From: the human T2T-CHM13v2.0 reference genome, Homo sapiens
Assembly: GCF_009914755.1 (NCBI RefSeq)
Contig: NC_060947.1
Direction: 5' to 3' (one strand)
DNA length: 64,000 nt
In this document: positions 14,595 through 29,741 of the stretch, piece by piece
How the letters are laid out: each line of letters begins with the position of its first letter
How positions within the stretch are numbered: position 1 is the stretch's first letter
Made by a program: the position numbers and the translations under genes
Notes under the pieces: model-generated
Told to the model about the DNA's origin: nothing
Database searches by the model: none
The model's input: the letters and a program-made list of their open reading frames with translations, nothing else

Positions 14595-14860
14595 ATTTTT
14601 AATGTGAAATAAGCACATCATGGAGAACGGGGTGTATCCATCCCCTCAAGCATTTATCCTTTGAGTTACAAATAATCCAATTACTTTCTTTAAGTTCTTT
14701 TATTATAAAATGTACAGTTGAGTTATGACTGACTTAGGTCACCCTGCTGTGCTATCAAAAAGTAGGTCTTATTCATTCTTTTTGTCTGTTTTGTTCCCAT
14801 TAAACATCCCCACCTCCTCTACCAACTCCCAACTATCCTTCCCAGCCTCTGGTAACCATC
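14595..14860 (-). mobile_element. L1MA2-like 3' end
   Basis: catcccctcaagcatttatcctttgagttacaaataatcca...cttcccagcctctggtaaccatc; flanked by aggcaac on both sides. Confidence 0.8.
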
Positions 14861-16965
14861 TAGGCAACCCTTTTTAATATCATAATGTCTTCAGTTCTGA
14901 TTAATCTTCTGTCTTTTCTGATGCATGGCAACTCTCCCAAATAGTGTGTATGGCCTGAATAATTATGGTGTAATTTGGAGAAGATTAGAGTATCACATTT
15001 TCTTTGAATTAGTAAGAAATATTTTGGAATTACTTGAAATCATGAGCAAACGTGATCACACTTACACTGGATTTTTTCCTTACCCCAAAGTATCTTAATA
15101 TCAGTAACTCAGTACAAAGGCATCATTGTATAAGTTATTTTGATGAATGGCTGTTATTTTCCAGGTTGGATTCTGGGGTATTGTACTGGACTGTGAGAAA
15201 GACTCTTTCCTTGAAAGGTATCAGCGAGACAGCATTGTGTCTGTCTGATATCAGAGACTCCGAACTGGAGTCCCATCGGATGAAAGTAAAAGTCACTTAA
15301 CTGATTATGCTCTTCAGCGAATAAAAGCTTCCATCTGCTCCTTTCAGATTCACTGTTCAGGATTCTCACTAGAAAACGGCCGTTGGAAAGATGATCTTAG
15401 AGAAATATTAAATAGAGCATTCTTCAGCCTCGAAGGGCCCCTTGCTCCCTGAGGTCTGAATGGCATTTGGATGAAACAGCCCACTGCAAATAGACAAAGG
15501 GAGAAAGCGGGAGGAAACATTAACACTTCCCTTCCGGGTTTCGGTGGGAGAGAATTATGGCATGTTTTCCTTTCTCAGGTTCTTACAGAATGCAATTTTA
15601 CTATGCCTCAAATTCATCAGAGAATGAATGAATGGGATCAAGAGAGAATAAACTGACCAAAATGATTTGTGATTAGACAGAGGTGATGGTTGTACAACAT
15701 TGTGAGTGTACTAAGGCCACTGAAATGCACACTTCAAAAATGGTTCATTTTTTATGAGACTTTTACTTTAATCAAAACAGAGAAGCATTTAGCTTTTGAT
15801 CCTCAGAAAATAAAAAAATAGAAGAAGTCTTCTCTTAGGTAACAAAAGTGAGCATTTTGAGAGAAATAGTTTCAATGAGAGTGATTATTAAGCACAACTG
15901 GAAATGTTTGGAATTCTTTTGAAGTGAACAAAGAAGAGAGAGCTCATTTGGACGTTTCCTTTTATCCTGCGCCTCTTACTTAAAAGCATTTACAAAGTTT
16001 GAACCATCATAGTCTGTGGAAGAATCAGATGACTACACAGCTTGCATTTCTTTTGAAGTATCTTTTAATGACTATAAAATACACACATCTTCACACCTTT
16101 CTTAGAGGTCAAACCAGAAATGCTGACTTGAGGTCTTTGCAATTCAGAGCTCCTTAAAAGCATTCCAAAAGGACAAATTCAATCTTTTAGAAGCAGCTAC
16201 AGTGGACTTTACCTTCCTCCCTCTTGCATCTCAGTGAGTAAGAAGATTAGGAATAATGGATCCAGTTTATTTGCCTGGATCTAAGTTCTTCATAGCATGT
16301 TGGTCAAGCCATTCTAACACATGTATTCATGTTCTAGTGCAAGTATAAGAGGAATTGGATCCCTGGCTGTCATTCTGCTGATCCTCATCCTGAAATGTTA
16401 CTGTCTTGTTGTTCATGCAGACAATCCATTCCTTACTGGTATTGGTCTCGCCATTCCTTGTTCTACTTCATGTCAATGACCTTCATTTTCAATCCACCAT
16501 TACCACCCTCTACCATGGCCGGATGTGCCATTTTCTGAAACTGTCATCCATCTAAAACCTTACACTGAAAACTTCCACTCTGACTCCAACTTAGATCTTC
16601 AACTTCCTAAACTCTCAATTCCTACCAAAATGGGACCTCCAGTCTCTCAGCTCCTCCATTGTTCCCCAGTTATCAGCCTTTCTGCCATCTCACACCGATG
16701 CCCATAGAGCCTGAACAGCATGGGTGATTACTGCATCTTCATTCCTGATTTTCAATGCCTTATCTGTCTTTATTTTTTTTTATCACAGTGATTCACAAAA
16801 TGCCTTATTCTAGATCAGGTTGTTTGTCTTTTCACTGCTTTTGTCCTAGTTTTGGAAGAGTGTGTGAGAAATTTGGCAATTAAGTGGTTCATTGCCAGGA
16901 TAAAGTCGGGTTCTTCACTGTCTACCCTGCTTTCCTTTGTTGCCTGGTACATTTCTTTGTAGCCT

Positions 16966-17792
16966 GTGTTACTTTCTAGGACTGTTGTAACAAATTACTG
17001 CATACTTGATGATTTAAAATAACTGAAATTTATTCTTTCAAAGTTCTGGAGACCAGAAGTACAACATCAAAGTGTCAGCAGGGTCTCGCTTCCCTCAGAG
17101 GCCCTAGGGGAGGATCCTTCCTGCCTCTTCCAGCTCCTGTAGGCTCTAGGCATCCCTGGGCTTGCGGCTGCATCACTCCAGTCTGCCTCCATCTCCACGT
17201 GGCCTTTTCCTCTGTGTCTGTATCTCCTTTTCTGTGTCTTGGAAGGACAATGATCATTACATTCAGGGCTCTCCCTAATTCAAGATGATGTCATCTTCAG
17301 ATCCTTAACTAATTAAATATGCAAAGACCCTATTTGCAAAGATGGTCCAATTCACAGGTTCCAGGGCTTAGGCTGTGGACGTATCTTTTTGCCCTTGAAT
17401 ATCGGACTCAAGTTCTTCAGCTTTGGAATCAGACTGGCTTCCTAGTTGAATACACTACAATTGTATCCAGTTCCTTCTGGAGGCTCTAGGCGGAGGATCC
17501 TTCCTGCCTCTCCCAGCTGCCGGGGGCTCCAGGCATCCCTGGGCTTGTGGCTGCATCACTCCAGTCTCTGCCTCCGTCTCCTCCTGGCCTTCTCCTCTGT
17601 GTCTGTATCTCCTCTTTTGCCTCTTACAAGGACACTTGTTGTTGCATTTAGCAGGACTCAAATTAAATGCACAATGGTCTCATTTTGAGATACTTAACTA
17701 TATCACATGTGCAAAGACTATATTTCCAAATAAGCTTCTGTTCACAGGTTCCAGGGGTACATATCTTTTGGGGTGGAGCATGACAATACAGA
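16966..17792 (-). mobile_element. Head-to-tail MLT1C-like LTR array (second copy)
   Basis: ggaggatccttcctgcctct...ccagctc core at about 17110 and 17495; same junction as at 13095. Confidence 0.8.
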
Positions 17793-18157
17793 GAGCTTAC
17801 TTAACTCTTGCTCCCATTTCTAGCAGAGACAATTGAAAACTTTTAGTATTTCCTGAAAAAAATCTCTTCTGTGTCACAGGGAAAACAGATGCCACCATAC
17901 AGGAATACCTTCCACTTCCAATACTGTTTTGTATTTCAATTGGTCTCTGCATCTTGCCTGGTGTTACTTTCTGTCTATTTAGGAACAATCACACTCCCCT
18001 GTGCACATCTCCAACCATCTTCCAACACCTTTTGTTCTGATATCCCCAGGAAGCTCACTTCATATATTATGTTCCCTCTAGTGTATCCAGTGAATCTTCA
18101 ACCTCTCCATGCATGAGGTCCAATATCTTTCCCCCATACATAACCTGATATTGGGGA

Positions 18158-18541
18158 TGTGATGGTTAATACTGTGTGTCAACTTGATTGGATTGAAGGA
18201 TGCAAAGTATTGTTCCTGGGTGTGTCTGTGAGGGTGTTGCCAAGAGAGATTAACATTTGAGTCAGTGGGCTGGGGAAGGCAAACCCACCCTTAATCTGGG
18301 TGAACACCATCTAATCAGCTGCCAGCACGGCCGGAATATAAAACAGGCAGAAAAACATAAAAGACTATACTGGCTTAGCCTCCCAGCCTACATGTTTCTC
18401 CTGTGCTGGATGCTTCCTGCCCTTGAATATCGGACTCCAAGTTCTTCAGCTTTGGGACTCAGACTGGCTTCATTGCTCCTCAGCTTGCAGATGGCCTACT
18501 GTGGGACCTTGTGATCATGTGAGTTAATACTCCTTAATAAA

Positions 18542-18575
<34 letters not shown>

Positions 18576-18685
18576 GTATGTGTACAAATATGCATGTGTA
18601 TATATATGTATGTGTATATATATATATATGTATGTATATATATCTCCTATTAGTTCTGTCCCTGTAGAGAACCCTGACTAATAGA
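18158..18685 (+). mobile_element. MLT2A1 (HERV-L) solo LTR with internal CT/TA microsatellite
   Basis: tgtgatggttaatactg...gagaaccctgactaataga; TSD gggga / ggggt. Confidence 0.9.
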
Positions 18686-19106
18686 GGGGTGAATAAGAAA
18701 TTCGAGGAATGGAGTAAGGGACAGTAATAGGGTCAAGAAAATGTAATCTAAATGATAGAGAGGAAAAGGATATATGTTGTGTTCACTTGCTTGGGCCACC
18801 ATAACAAAGGACCACAGCCTGGGTGGCTTAAACAATAGGAATTTTTTCTTCTGTGGCCTTGGAGGCTTGAAGTCTGAGATCAAGGTGTGTTGTTGATGCC
18901 ATCATTTTTGTGTCCTCACCTGGTCATCCCTCTGTGCATGTCTGTGTCTTCATTTCCTCTTCTTATGAGGTGTTTTAGTCCATTTCAGGCTGCTATAACA
19001 GAATACCATAGACTGAGAGGCTTATAAACAACACACATTTATTCTCTCACAGTCCTGGAGGCTGGAAGACTAAGATCAAGGTGTGAGCAGGGCTGGTTTC
19101 TCCTGA

Positions 19107-19826
<720 letters not shown>

Positions 19827-21704
19827 CCTCATCTCCTCTTCTTAAAAGGACCACAGTCCTATTAGATTAGGGCCCACTCTAGGTACCTCATTTTACCTTA
19901 ATGACCTGTTTAAAGACCCCATCTCCAAATACAGTCCCATACTGAGGTCCTGGGGCTTAGGGCTTTGACATCTGCATATTGGGGGCCACAGCTCAGCCCA
20001 TAACCTATGGTGAAAATCATAGTAGCCAGTACTATAGTGGAATCGCCTGTAAAAAAATCAGGGGTGGAATTCGTTGCTTGTTAAGCTTCACGTTGAAAGA
20101 TCTGTTTGATTCTTTTTACAAAACGAGGAAAGATCAGAGGAAAACAAGATAGCAAGAACATTTGCCCTACTACAGTGAGATTTGGATTCCAACAGCCGAG
20201 TTGCCTCTGAGGTTGTCTACTTCATCAGTTTTCCAAGGACAGCTCTCATTTCCCTGTTCATGACTCTTATCGTGTTTAGCAGCTTTCAAGCGACCTTCAG
20301 GATAAAGTCCAGACTCCATTAAGTGACCCTCCAGGAGCTTCATGCACAAATCATAGTTACCTATTTATTTCCTAGAACACGGCAGGTTCTTTGAATTTCC
20401 AGGATTTGATCATGCTTAATTTTCTGTGTTAACACAGGGGAGGTGCACATTAATTTCTTAACCGACGATGGATGGATGAAAGAATGAATGAAGCTTAGCA
20501 TTCTGGAATCTCTGGCTCCCTGGAGAGTCTGATGAAAGACATAGACCCTCTTCCAAGGAAAAGTCACTTAAGCATATATTACCAAGCATTGCAAATTATT
20601 TCAAGGAATTTATGGATCTCCCAACTTTCAAACATTAATTTCTTAGAGAGAGCCAGCGGACACCAGAATAGCAAAACAGAACTTTATTAGTTCATTCTTT
20701 CTTCTCTTTTCTCCTTTTATTTATTTTTAAATCATGCAGCCCTTTAACAGGTAGTTTCATGCTTTATGTCACTGTTCCAGAAATGACTCAATGTGAATTG
20801 CATTTTGCAATGACCCAGTCAAAATAATGATTAGCAGTAAAGGGGAAAAGTCTTGGAATGAGTTAATGAGGCCAAGAGGATAACTTATTCTGTTCAGAAA
20901 AAAAATGTAATTGGGATATATAGAGACTTGTTTCTTTTTCTGCTTCTTGCAAGGAAGGGAATATTCTGAAAGTTAGAGTGAGTAATAAAGCAAAAATGGA
21001 TACACAAACCAGATGTAGATTAGAAAGCTTTGTGTTGCCATTCTTTGATTTTCCCTAAATTGCTACATGAGTGTGGCATGTCAGAATTTTCATCTCCATC
21101 TTTGCACATCCACAAATTGGATGTGCAAAAACCTTTCCTTACCTCTGCCTGGGATTTTTGTAATGTGCAAATGCAGATAATAAAAGTGATACAGAGACTG
21201 CAAAGTGCTGTCCATGGGAAATAGTTATTGAGATTAATATTATTATTATGCTATTGATTAATTGTGATTAGGCAGGTGGACATAGTTCAATTAGAAATCA
21301 AATAATGAAAGCAAGAAGTTTTGGGCCCAAAGTGATCTCAAATCCCAGTGTCTTAAAATTGAAAGCATTCTGTAGGAGGTTGAAAGATTCAACATGTGTC
21401 CTACTCAGGTTGGTGGTAAAACAATTCAGCAATTGCATTATATTTACTCAGATACGATGCACAGGTGATTATATTATTATATTACTCAAATGACTTCAGA
21501 TGACTATATGATTATATGATTAAACATGCATATAGAAGGTCTCATTCATTCATTTTAAAAGTTATATTTCATGAGTTTGCAAAAATGTAGAATAAAATTA
21601 AAGCCACCCAGAAGCCTAGAATGCAGAAATAAATTTGCCTAACCCCCCTTTTTTTTGGTTAATATTATTATATTCTTCATCTATGCCTGTGGTTCTTTTT
21701 TAAA

Positions 21705-22202
21705 TTCTTTTTTAAACTTTTATTTTAGGTTCAGGGGTACATGTGCAGGTTTGTTATGTAGGTAAACTCATGTCACAGGGGTTTGTTGTATAGAGTATTT
21801 CATTACCTAGGTACTAAACCTAGTACCCATTAGTTATTTTTCCTGATCTTCTGTCTCTTCCCACCCACCACCTTTCAATAGGCCCCAGTGTCTCTTGTTC
21901 TCCTCTATGTGTCCATGTGTTCTCATCATTTAGCTCCTACTTATAAGTGAGAACATGCAATATTTGGTTTTCTGTTCCTGCGTTAGTTTGCTAAGCATAA
22001 CGGCCTCCAGCTCCATCTATGCCCCTGCAAGGGACATGATCTCATTCTCTTTTATGGCTGTATAGTATTCCATGGTGTATATGTGCCACATTTTCTTTAT
22101 CCAGTCTACCATTAATGGGGATTTAGGTTGATTCCATGTGTTTACTATTGTGAATAGTGCTGTGCTGAACATAATGCATGCATGTGTCTTTATGACAGAA
22201 TG
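21705..22202 (-). mobile_element. L1PA (old, PA13-16-like) 3' end
   Basis: ggttcaggggtacatgtgcaggtttgttat...gtattccatggtgtatatgtgccacattttctttatccagtc. Confidence 0.9.
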
Positions 22203-22204
22203 TC

Positions 22205-22445
22205 TTAACTGAGAATAGTTCTTCCTGCAGGGGACACTTGGCAATGTCTGGAAACATTAATTGTCACAAGAAAGGGTGGTGAGGAGTATTGGCTTCTTGT
22301 GGGTGGAGGCCAGGGATGTTTCTCATCATCCTATAGTGCACAGAATTGATTCCATATCTTTACAATGGTGAACTGTGGTGGCCCTCATAACAAAGGATTT
22401 TGCATTCCCAGTTGTTAATAGTGTCATGGTTGAAAAACTATGGTC
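22205..22445 (+). mobile_element. MER20
   Basis: caggggacacttggcaatgtctggaaac...gggtggaggccagggatg...ggttgaaaaac. Confidence 0.8.
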
Positions 22446-23055
22446 TATGTACAGGCATTTTAATGTTAAGTATCTACTCCATGATGACGGGGTGTGGCTG
22501 TTTTCATAAATAACCCTTTTCTAATCTAACCCGAAGTGTGTCTTGAGTGGAATGGCATTCTCTTACCTTTGTCTTTTACCTGCAGGCTATGTCTAAAAGT
22601 CTATACGTGGATATATAATATCTACCCACTAATATAAGTGCAAGAGCTGCCTTATGCCTGATGGTCAGCAGGATGTTGTATGAATCAAGTTTTAAATGCT
22701 GGGTCCATGAATCAAACTGCTTCCTAGTGTCGGATAAGCCTATATGTTCTGAGGGAAAATCAAGGAAGGGATTTTCCTTTTAAAGTTCATTTAGGGGAGT
22801 CTCAAATCCCATTGCCATGTTTGCTTTGGTCACTAGAATTTACGACTATGTCATGTAGACAATGAGTGAATATGTGCTGTTCTGATAAGTTGCTTATTGT
22901 AATCTTTGAGGTTCTTATTTATCTATTTCACTGTTTTGTCCCTTCTGAGAAACACAATAAAAGCAATACAGAGACTGCAAAATGCTGTCCATGGGGAATA
23001 CTTATTGAGATTATTGTTAGGGTTATTATGCTATTGATTAATCATGATTAGGTAG

Positions 23056-23955
23056 CCATACTTTTTCAGTGGGATTATGCAGGTTTTTTCTTGCTGATTT
23101 GTTTGAGAACCTAATAATCCCATTAAAAATGAGCAAATGACAGGACTAGACATTTCTCAAAAGAGGATATTCAAATAGCCAAAAAAATATGAAAAATGCT
23201 CAACATCACATATCATCATGGAAATGCAAATTAAGAGCATAATAAGATGCCAACTTACCCCAGTCAGAATGGTCATTATTGAAAAGTCAAAAAACAATAG
23301 ATGTTGGCACAGATGTCATGGGAACACAAATACACTGTTGGTGGGAATGTGAATTAGAAAACCCCTAAAAAAACAAAAGGAGATTTCCCAAATAACTGAA
23401 AGTAGATCTACTATTTGACCCTGCAATCCCACTACTGGGTTTCAACCCAAAGGAAAAGTAATCATTATAATTAAAAGTCACCTGCAGTCGTATTTTTATC
23501 ACAGCATAATTCACTATTGTAAAGATATGGAATCAATCTAAGTGCCCATCAAAGAGATGAGTGGATAAAGAAAATGTGGTACATATACACCATGGAATAT
23601 TACTCAGCTATAAAAAAGAAGAAAATCATATCTTTTGCAGCAACTTGGATAGAACTGGAGGCCATTATCCTAAATGAAGTAACTCAGAAAAGAAAACCAA
23701 ACACTGTACGTTATCACTTAAAAGTGGGAGCTAAGCTATGGGTAGGCAAAGGGATTCAGAGTGGTAAAATGGACATTGAAGACTCTGAAGTGGGGAAGAT
23801 GGGGGGGATGAGAAGTAAAATATCACCTGTTGGGTACAATTTACACTATTTGGGTGAAAAGTGTACTAAAAGCCCAGACTTCACCACCATATAATTCATT
23901 TATACACCCCAAACCACTTGTACCCATAAAGCTACTGAAATAAATTTAGAAAAAT
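23056..23955 (+). mobile_element. L1PB-like 3' fragment with a short 5' inversion-duplication
   Basis: About 23060-23107 is antisense L1 (ttttcttgctgatttgtttgag); 23108 onward is sense L1 through aaagcccagacttcaccac and the A-rich tail. Confidence 0.85.
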
Positions 23956-24593
23956 AGTCGTATTAAATAAACTGTATTATATCTTCTCTTAAGAACTCCC
24001 AGAAGCAGTAAGTATTATGTAGCTAGATATCTTGATTTAAAATTATAGCCAAATAGAAACATAATTAGATTTCCAATCAGCAAGTTACCATGTAATACTT
24101 TCTGATATTAGATATAACAAAAGTTCACTATGTAATAAATTTTTACTGTGTATCATCTAAGTATAAGATGCCAAGGACTTTTTTTGGGTGGGAGTACATG
24201 ACGAATTATGTCCGTAATTCATAAACCTAGCGTTTTGCTATTCTCTGAATGACAGTAGGGTTGCTGATGGGTACTAGTGCACACATAGTATTTGGGAAGT
24301 TTGACATTTTCTGCGTTTGGGCTATGATCTACCAACTTCCATGGATATTGATCTGAGAGTGATATAAACTTGAGATCTTAGGATGCATGCCTTTCTTGAC
24401 TTTCGCTGAGCTGTGCTTTCTAAGGCAGATAATTCATGTCCACTCTGGTCAATGCATGAATGTTGTGTTTCTCCCCATGCTAGATTTCAGGTGAAATACT
24501 TTTCAAACGTTTAAACTGTACTTAAGCATAAACACCCTTAGCATTTAAGCTAAACCTTATTATAAAGTAATGAAATATTGCAACAGATGCTAA

Positions 24594-24904
<311 letters not shown>

Positions 24905-25377
24905 AAAGGTAGGATGTTTTTGAATCTCCAAGGGTTCCGAGATATTTAAATCACAATGACCCAATCTTCTCATCTTTTACCTCTATAAATCACTGCAGGG
25001 AACTGCAGAAGGCTACATAGGAAATCTCATTCTCTGCCTGAAATCTAGTAAATGTTTATCATAAATAGACATTAGGTGGTAAAATATATTTAATATAACA
25101 AAGGTAAAAATTGGGATGTTAGCATTGTCTTTCTGGAGACTTTGGTGGGCTGGAGTCTTTGCTTAGTGATGGCTGTTGAGGTTGCTTCATTAGGGGTAGG
25201 TTAATTTGGTAATGAGCATTCAAAGACCCCAAAAAGACACCCTACTCCCCTGTCAGAGCATGCAGGAACCAAGAGGACTGCAAACTTAATGACATGGGCA
25301 TGACCTGGCAGAGATTCGAATCCGGTTGGGGAGGGTGACGCAGATGTGAAAACTTGTATACAACCGGGATTGGTCAG

Positions 25378-25590
25378 AACAGGTTTCTCAATGTCAGCAC
25401 TACTGACATTTGGGGCTGGATGAGGCTTTGTGAAGGTGGGGGCCATCCTGTGCACTGTAGGATGTTGAGCAACATCCTCTGGTTCCACCCACCAGAGGCC
25501 AATAACATTCCCTTCTCCAACTGGTGACACCAAAACTGTCTCCACACCTTGCCAAATATCCTCCCCTTATTTGGGGATCACTGAGCTAGA
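25378..25590 (-). mobile_element. MER20
   Basis: tttctcaatgtcagcactactgacatttggggctgga...cctgtgcactgtaggatgttgagcaacatcc. Confidence 0.8.
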
Positions 25591-26224
25591 ATTAAGCCAA
25601 GCTGTTATTGGAGTCCAGGGAGTTGCTATGTAGATAACACAGAGTCATATTGGAGCTGAAAGCAACAGAAAAAAAAGTTAATTAATAATACCAATGCTGC
25701 TTTTCTTCAAAATTCTGGTCCTGTTTCTATCCTGGAATTTTATATTATTATTATTTGCATCCATGTTTATTTCTTTAAATGTTGCATTAAATATTATTTA
25801 TCTTGGATACAAAGTTTCTTGGTGATCCCTTAAATTTTCGGCCTGAGGCCAGTGCTTCTGCCTCCTCCCTAGTTGCTACCCTCATACGCTCCTTGGAGAG
25901 CATGACAGTCTACAGAAAGGGGCATTCCAGATATTTTGGTGCTGTTTCTCTATTTCTCTTGCCCTATTATTTGCTCTTTTTGCTGACTGATACTAGAGCT
26001 CTGCACACTCTCATTTTTTTATTGGGTTTGCTTCTGCTGTTACACAATGGCAAAGTTGCTGTGGTTTCTGGGACAGAAACTTTATTTTGCAGAAGTGTAC
26101 AAAGTTAGGAAGAAATGCCATGGCAAGGAGAAGTGTGTCAGGTCAAGAGAGTGAAGTGGCAGCTTTCTTTTGTTTGTTTGTTTTTGTTTTTTCTTTTATT
26201 TAATGTTTTACAATCCTTTACATT

Positions 26225-26900
26225 TCTATGTGTGGTAAAACAAACAAACATAGAACATAAAATTTACCTCTCAATCATTCTTAGGCACTGAGTTCAGTGG
26301 AATTAAGTACATTCATATTATTGTGCAACCATCACCATTATTCATCTCCAGAAATTTTTGTCTTCCCAAACTGAAACTCTGTCCTCATTAAGCAACAACT
26401 CCCCATTCTCCCCTCCAATGCCCTGTAAGCACCATTCTACTTTCTGTCTCTATACATTTGGTGACTCTAAGTGCCTCATGTAAGTGGAATAATAAACTAT
26501 GGTCCTTTTGTGACTGGTTAATTTCACTGAGCATAATGTTCTCAAGGTTCATCCACGTAGTAGCATGTGTCAAAATTTCCTTCCTTTTTAAGGCTGAATA
26601 ACATTCTATTGTATAGATAAACCACATTCAGTTTACCTATTCGTCTGCCAGTGGACACTTGGATTGCTTCTACCTTTTGGTTATTGTGATTAATACTGCA
26701 ATATACTTTGGGTGTGAAAATATCTCTTTAAGACTCTGCTTTCAATTCCCTTGGGTATATGCCCAGAAGTAGGATTACAGGATCATATGCTAATTCTCTA
26801 ATTCTCTTTGTAATTTCTTAAAGGATCACTATACTGATTTCTGTGGTGACTGCTCCACGTAATTCCCCCAGAACAATTAACATGGACTGCAATTTCCCCA
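26225..26900 (-). mobile_element. L1MB3/4-like 3' fragment
   Basis: aagtacattcatattattgtgcaaccatcacc...tttccttcctttttaaggctgaataac. Confidence 0.85.
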
Positions 26901-26924
26901 CAAGAAATTAAAAATTAAAAAAAA

Positions 26925-27492
26925 AATTTAAATGGACACATAGTCATGATACATATTTATGGAGTGCATAGTGATATTGCAATGCATATATTGTAGAGTA
27001 ATCATATCAGGGTAATTAGCACATCCATCATCTCAAACATTGATCATTGCTTTGTGTTGTGAACATTCAATATCCTCTCTTCTAGTTATTTGAAACTATA
27101 TAAATATATTATTGTTAACTGTAATCATCCTACAGAGCCACAGAACACTAGAGCTTATTCCTCCTATCTGGCTGTAATTTTGTATCCTTTAACAAATTTC
27201 TCCTTGTCCCTGCCTTCCCCTTCCCCTTCCCCTTCTCAGCCTCTAGTATTCTGAGATCCACTTTATTGGCTTCCACCTATGAGTGAGAACACACAATGTT
27301 TAACTTTTTATTTCTGACTTATTTCACCTAACACAATGTCCTCAAGTTCTGTCTATGTTGTTGCAAATGACAAAATTTCATTCCTTTTATGGCTAAATAG
27401 TATTCCGTTGTGTATATGTACCACACTTTCTTTATTCATCCATCTGTTGTTGGATACCCAGCTTGATTCCATATCTTGACTATTGTGAAAAG
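26925..27492 (-). mobile_element. L1MA5-like 3' end
   Basis: catatcagggtaattagcacatccatcatctcaaacatt...gttgcaaatgacaaaatttcattc. Confidence 0.8.
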
Positions 27493-27566
27493 GTCTATTC
27501 TACACTTTTATTTACTCCTAACAAGACACAAATAGTCAGAATAGTGACTGTATAGTCACAGTGTAA

Positions 27567-28073
<507 letters not shown>

Positions 28074-28104
28074 TAACTATACTCTTGTATGTAATTATGT
28101 GCTT

Positions 28105-28484
28105 ATTGGAAGGTCCAGGGGCTAATCTTGAGATCAATCAGATATGGAGACCCAGCTGCGAAATCCTAGAGATTACCTCACTGGGGTTAGTCTACACCCT
28201 GGCAATTGTTGAGATGACACCAGCCTGAGCTCCAGGTGGACCATCGCTTGAGATGACCTTCGGAACAACACATGCAGACCTCCTATCTGGCACCCCTCCC
28301 GCATGCTTCCCATTCCAAGATCCCCTTTTAAAGTCCCCTTGTCCAGTTGAAACTTTGAGGTGGTTTCTTTAGGTGTGAACCTGGCCACTTCCCCACTGTC
28401 AGCACTTTCCCCCCACTGCATCTCATTCTTCTTCTTCGCTTTGCAAGTGGCAAACAGCCAAGCCGAGCCTGTGCTCAGTGACAA
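28105..28484 (+). mobile_element. LTR47-like ERVL solo LTR
   Basis: acccagctgcgaaatcctagagattacctca...gagatgacaccagcctgagctccaggtggacc matches my recollection of the LTR47 consensus; ends tgaca. Confidence 0.65.
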
Positions 28485-28582
28485 CACTAGGTTCCAAATT
28501 TTACGACAGGCCGTAAGTACCAGATATCTGGTGCTCACTGATTGTCTCATTGTAATCTTGTCTTAAAAATAATTCCTTTCCT

Positions 28583-29306
28583 ATGCAAATCAAAACCACA
28601 GTGAGATATCATCTCACACCAGTTGGAGTGACTATTCTTAAAAAGTCAAAAATAACAGATGCTAGTGAGGATGCGGAGAAAAGGGAACACTTACACACTG
28701 CTGGTGGGAATGTAAGTTAGTTCAGCCACTGGGGAAAGCAGTCTGGAGATTTCTCAAAGAATTTACAACAGAGCTACCATTCAACCCAGCAACCTCATTA
28801 CTGGGTATATATCCAAAGGAAAATAAATCATTCTACCCCAAAACACACTGCACTTGTATGTTCATTGCCATGCTATTCATAATAGCAAATACAGGGAATC
28901 AACCCAAGTGCCCATCCATAGACTGGATAAAGAAAATGTGGTGCACATACACCATGAAATACTATGCAGCCATAAAAAAGAATGAAATATTGTCCTTTGC
29001 AGCAACATGAATGGAGCTGGTGGCTGTCATCCTAAGTGAATTAATACGGGAAAAGAAAAGCAAATACCACATGTTCTCACTTGTAAGTGGGAGACAAACA
29101 TTGAGTACACATGAACATAAACGTAGGAGCAACGGACACTGTTCTCAATAGACAATAGACACCGGCAGGGAGACAGGTGGGAGGGAGTGTGTCATGGCTT
29201 GAAAAACTACCTCTTGAGTACTATGCTCACTACCTGGGTACAATGTACCCACATAGCAAACCTGTGCATGTATCCCCTGTATGTAAAATTAAACTTGAGA
29301 AAAAAA
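28583..29306 (+). mobile_element. L1PA16/L1PB-like 3' end
   Basis: atgcaaatcaaaaccacagtgagatatcatctcacaccag...gcaaacctgtgcatgtatccc. Confidence 0.9.
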
Positions 29307-29741
29307 TGGATTGCTTCCCTTTAAATTCATACCGAGGGAATTTTCTTTTGTAAATCTGAAATGTTTTGTAAAATGCCCACAAAGACTTTTTTAATGGAAA
29401 TGTAGAATAACCATGAAACAAGACTAATAAACCAGTCTTTGAAAAGAATGTCAATTAGTCATAAGGTACAGGAAGTTGTGGAGAAAAAAAAAGAATAAAA
29501 GAAAACCTAAATTTCCCTTCAGGAAACATTTATGCCTGAGCCTAAACTCCAAGACCAACTGAAAGAAGAAGCAGTTGTACCGCACTCTTTACTTTCCCCC
29601 TAACCTTTGTACTCAGGAATCTGTGTTTTCCAGAAACTCAACAATTCCCTTGACTTGGTGACTCCTGCCTCAGCTGTCTGCAATATCTATTTTATGATCA
29701 TTCAGGAATGATAAATACCAGAAAGTGACTGCTCGTTAAAT

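Noticed and set aside
12621-17792. Repeated motifs with spacers resembling a CRISPR-like array
   Set aside because: The units are MLT1 LTR pieces hundreds of bp long in primate DNA, with no regular repeat-spacer periodicity and no cas genes.
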